Source: Takakia lepidozioides (lineage: Eukaryota; Plantae; Bryophyta). Taken from it: a stretch of DNA of 64,000 bases. Below are positions 61,876 to 64,000 of the stretch, in pieces (position 1 is the stretch's first letter; each line of letters starts with the position of its first letter). Made by a program: the position numbers and the translations under genes. The notes beneath the pieces are model-generated. The model saw only the letters and a list, made by a program, of their open reading frames with translations. It had not been told where the DNA came from and searched no databases. Where the stretch lies: assembly GCA_030704615.1 (NCBI GenBank), contig CM060733.1, positions 69,316,001 to 69,380,000 of the forward strand, written 5' to 3'.

Positions 61876-64000
61876 GAAAGGTGGACGTGCTGGAGGGATC
61901 GCAGGAATCCGAAGAGCCGCAGGAAGAGTCCGAGGAGCTAGCTGCAGCACGTACACCCACCCGATCCCCGAGCGCGGGTATTCCTGCCGGGCCTAGCCCT
62001 CTGCGATTCAAAGACGCGTCTTCGAAGGGCAAGTTCAAAGTCCCAGAGATCGACTCGCGTTCTTCGGTCATGGAGAATCGCCAGCAGGGGTCGGGCCCTT
62101 CTCCAGCAAAGTCGAAGAAGAAGCAGCCCGTCCCTCTACTGGCTTCTGAACCGGCTCAGGCCGATTCACCCCCCCCAACGCGAATGAAGCAGCAGGGTAG
62201 AAGACAGATTCAATTGCAGCAGACACCTTCACCTGCAAGGATGAGGAAGCAGAAGGCAATCAGGGCGACGGCGAACAATCTCCCGCAAAACCGCTTCCAC
62301 GAGCTGAAGCTCAGTTCCTGGAGGATTTCCCCCCTGCAGATGTTGGGGCCGACTCTGCTGCTGCAGCGAAGGCAATGGGATCGACCGTTGATCTCGATTT
62401 GGTACCGGAGGAGGGTGCTGCCGCTCAACTTTCGCAGCAAGACCTCACCACCGATGAGCAAGCAGGCCCGGAGGAGGCCTCTGCAATGGCAGAATTGCCC
62501 GCACACAGGCCCCAGAGTGCAGCTCCAGTTGAGGATGCTCCAGCTGCTCAGCCACTACCGGCACCTACAGACATGTCTCCGGAGGATTTCAAAAGTGCAG
62601 CGGATAAAATGTTGGAGGAGACACACAGTAGCATTGGCAGAGTTCTGGGCAGCAGGGTATTCCAGCGGACTCTTCGAATCCCACTCTGTCGCATGGTCTC
62701 CCTTCCCATCGTCAGGCAGGCCCTTCCCGGAGATGTGGATAAGCTCAAGTTCGCATTTCGAGAAGGGTACCGTCTGGGATCGGCAGCGTTTTACGTTTCC
62801 ATTGAGAATGAGGACGGCGAAACTCGTGGACCCACTGCCGATGAATTGTCAACGTGGGATACCCACTGGCACACTCGCAACCACGAATTCGAGGCGACGC
62901 TGAAGGGTGATCCGACTTCGGCCATATGTCGGGTAAAATGTTCTTTGTGTGGGACGGGAATCACCGACTTCTCGCCTGGTGGGAGTACATCAAGCAGAAC
63001 CATGCCAAGCACATTGGCTGGCATTACATGGTGGAGTGTGTCATCCTGAAGGTGAAGGCGGCAGACTCCTCCCTGCTCAAGAATGCCATGGCGGACCTCA
63101 ACTCGTAAGATACTCATACCCTCCCTAGCACGTTCGAAATGCGGTGCCGCATTTCGGTTTCCATTCTGGTTTGTTTCCGTGCTTCCGTGTACTGAACTGG
63201 AGAGTGTGCCTTGCAGGGTCACTGAGAATGCGTACGTGCATACCCACATGGCACACATGCTGTAAGGGTGAGGAAAACTGGTCTCACTGATCCGCAGATG
63301 TTTGCGGAAATGCTGGAGCCCGAGCTCATTCAGAAAGCCGTTGCAAAAACAGACCGGACATGGTATCGTCTCACTATGGATGGAATGGTGGAGGTGATAT
63401 ACGAAGTAAGTCGTCCTCCAATTTCCCTCTGCTCATCCTTCCCCATTTTCAGTAATCTTTCCACATGAATCGAATGTAACGCTTCTGCATGTTTTTGTTG
63501 GCAGTCAAACATCAAGCTGGATTTGGCCCATGCCAAACGCTTCTTCATGGAAAGTGAGGGGCCGTATTGACTGAGCACTTGAAGAAGCCGGTGTCAAGTC
63601 CAGAACCAAATACAAGTCAAAGCTTGTGAAGCTGGTGGCAATTGCAGATCCGGCACTTGGAAAGGACTTCATCCCCGAGATTGCAAAACACTATTCTCGG
63701 GCCATGCAGCCGACCATGCAATTGGAGAAACTGCATCACCTCTCACGGCATGTGTGGAGGCAAAAGAGAAGGTGAGGTTTCAATGCACTGAAGTTCCTTC
63801 CTAGCAATAGCCACTCTCTTCCAGCTCCTGACATTGGATCGGAAATGGCAGACACGGTGGCTGTCGATCTGGAATGCATCCGAGAGCATAAGGACAATGT
63901 GGTCTTTTCCACTGGAAGTTTCCGACCCTGCATGGATGTGTGGCTCAACCGTATGACTTGGTGGTTCCAGGTAATTCAAGGTACTTCCCCAGATTTGCTT
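61876..64000 (+). pseudogene. Spliced ParB/Srx-domain gene, 5' portion (runs off the window)
   Basis: Disordered N-terminus, then RIPLCRMVSLPIVRQAL..DVDKL...FYVS...KMFFVWDGNHRLLAW...VECVIL; GT-AG introns at 63105-63216 and after 63405, 63770 and 63970; frameshifts and stops. Confidence 0.75.

Noticed and set aside
61876-64000. Bacterial or phage contamination explaining ParB
   Set aside because: GT-AG introns conserved between two copies and contiguity with plant TEs.

Overview
Eukaryotic, transposon-saturated DNA, most likely from a large-genome non-seed land plant (inferred from short GT-AG introns, PLS-type PPR fragments, a plant DPB4-like exon, and Tat/Ogre-like Gypsy, CACTA, L1 and CRE elements). 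No intact host gene is evident. Left half (1-35 kb) is a nest of decayed TEs: a CRE-clade RLE non-LTR element split by a complete-ended 12.2-kb Gypsy element (AGGCC TSD) whose gag-RT segment is internally inverted, two L1 pieces flanking a SET-domain remnant, scrambled CACTA exons and other LTR fragments. Right half (35.6-64 kb) holds the most interesting signal, pieces of a large Mutator-like element family. It has (i) a WRKY/GCM-like Zn finger + DDE + SWIM transposase in two diverged paralogs, (ii) a divergently oriented, spliced gene fusing a ParB/Srx-type domain (DGNHR) to a beta-class N4/N6-methyltransferase-like domain, reconstructable from two overlapping partial copies, (iii) long arrays of CGGCGCCG-centred palindromes spaced at near-integral helical turns (53 bp next to one paralog, 63-64 bp next to the other, each with its own arm sequence), and (iv) a head-to-head pair of unknown ~190-aa genes. 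Together this suggests a ParB/parS-like, possibly epigenetic, module carried by a plant DNA transposon. All domain calls are by-eye motif recognition; no searches were run.
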